DNA of 64,000 bases from Phycisphaeraceae bacterium (GTDB taxonomy: Bacteria > Planctomycetota > Phycisphaerae > Phycisphaerales > Zrk34), in assembly GCA_040905565.1 (NCBI GenBank), contig JBBDRF010000012.1:64001-128000 (forward strand). The letters are read 5' to 3'. Every line of letters begins with the position of its first letter. Within the stretch, counting starts at the first letter, position 1. The position numbers and the translations under genes were made by a program. The notes beneath the pieces were generated by a model that saw nothing but the letters and a program-made list of their open reading frames with translations, made no database searches and was not told the DNA's origin. Shown here one piece after another: positions 63,084 through 64,000 of this stretch.

Positions 63084-63989
63084 TTATTCGACGTTTTGGA
63101 CCTGTTCTTTCATCCGGTCGATGGCACCTTTGATCTCGACGATCATGCGGGCGATGTCGGCATTGTTGGACTTGCTACCGATGGTGTTCGCTTCCCGCAG
63201 CAGCTCCTGCGTTACGAAGTCGAGCGTGCGGCCGACGGGCCGACTCTCCTCCTCCTTCAGGATGTCCGCAAACTGCTCGAGATGGGCACGCAGGCGTTGC
63301 AGCTCTTCGCTGATATCGCACCGCTCAGCAAAGATCGCCACCTCACGCACCAGGTCGACCTCCTGCACGGCAAGCTCAGCCCGGGCGGTAAGATCGTCGA
63401 TTCGGGATCGCAGGCGCTGATGATATTCCTCGACCACGCCGGGCGCACGCTCGAAAATGATGCCCAGCCGTTGCTCGATGTAATCAACGTGGGAGAGCAG
63501 GTCGTCGCGGAGACCTTCGCCTTCGCTGCGACGCATCGCCATCAGCTTGTCACATGCCTGAGCGACCAGTTCGTGAATGACGGGGCGGGCCTCGGCGACG
63601 AGCTCGGATTCGTCCGGCTGCTGCACCACGCCGGGCAGGCCCAGCAGCGACGCGAGTTCAATCACCACCGCGTCAGGGCGGCCGAGGTCGCCGACGGCTT
63701 TCTTTTCGATCGTCTCAAGATGTTCCAGGTAGCGGTGCAGGGCTGCTTCGTTGACCTCGTAAGCAGCGGTGGCGGCGGTGCGTTTGTAGCTGACGCTGAG
63801 CGTCACCGAACCGCGTGCCAGACGCTTACGCAGCAGGGATTCAAGCTCCGCCTCCATCACCGCCAGTTCCTCAGGCAAGCGAACGCTCGCTTTGAGATAG
63901 CGGTTGTTCAAGCTGCGGATTTCCACGGCGTAGGAGACCTCGTCCCGAACGCACGTCGCATCGCCGAAACCGGTCATCGACTGAATCAA
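63084..63989 (-). CDS. yicC: YicC/YloC family endoribonuclease
   Basis: SMTGFG, EIRSLNNRYL, DISEELQRL, GRTLDFVTQELLREANTIGSK, EQVQNVE. Confidence 0.93.
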   Translation of the reverse strand: MIQSMTGFGDATCVRDEVSYAVEIRSLNNRYLKASVRLPEELAVMEAELESLLRKRLARGSVTLSVSYKRTAATAAYEVNEAALHRYLEHLETIEKKAVGDLGRPDAVVIELASLLGLPGVVQQPDESELVAEARPVIHELVAQACDKLMAMRRSEGEGLRDDLLSHVDYIEQRLGIIFERAPGVVEEYHQRLRSRIDDLTARAELAVQEVDLVREVAIFAERCDISEELQRLRAHLEQFADILKEEESRPVGRTLDFVTQELLREANTIGSKSNNADIARMIVEIKGAIDRMKEQVQNVE

Positions 63990-64000
63990 GCAGCAGCCTC

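Overview
GC-rich bacterial chromosomal segment, most likely from a Phycisphaerae-type planctomycete. This placement is inferred from the prepilin cluster, Tat-exported Gfo/Idh/MocA pair, prenyltransferase-repeat protein, PTP-variant PEP-CTERM tail and REP motif; the visibly acidic exported proteins suggest a saline habitat. In order, the window holds: a type IV filament/T2SS-like operon (PilB/GspE, PilC/GspF, five prepilins, a ~1180-aa PilX/GspK-like protein); a loose amide/amine catabolic cluster; miaB; an MFS-acyltransferase fusion; ArsR-rhodanese; fbaB; an ABC/MFP exporter; ispD and aroB; rnr; an SRP RNA-dnaX-ybaB locus; an orphan nuoC; gap; and yicC. Best observations: (1) dnaX is split over two frames by a complete -1 frameshift cassette (internal SD, A AAA AAA, 6-nt spacer, 10-bp hairpin), so the long tau form would need the shift, the reverse of E. 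coli. (2) A 141-bp REP doublet sits in frame inside the disposable leader peptide of a minor pilin. (3) An AT-richer standalone ORF carries a HEPN-like RxxxxH motif. (4) The SRP RNA lacks the GNRA tetraloop. (5) An AGCS amino-acid symporter has an extra YscJ/FliF-like N-terminal domain. No tRNA, rRNA, CRISPR array, transposase or integrase was seen. All product calls come from motif recognition by eye, not database searches.
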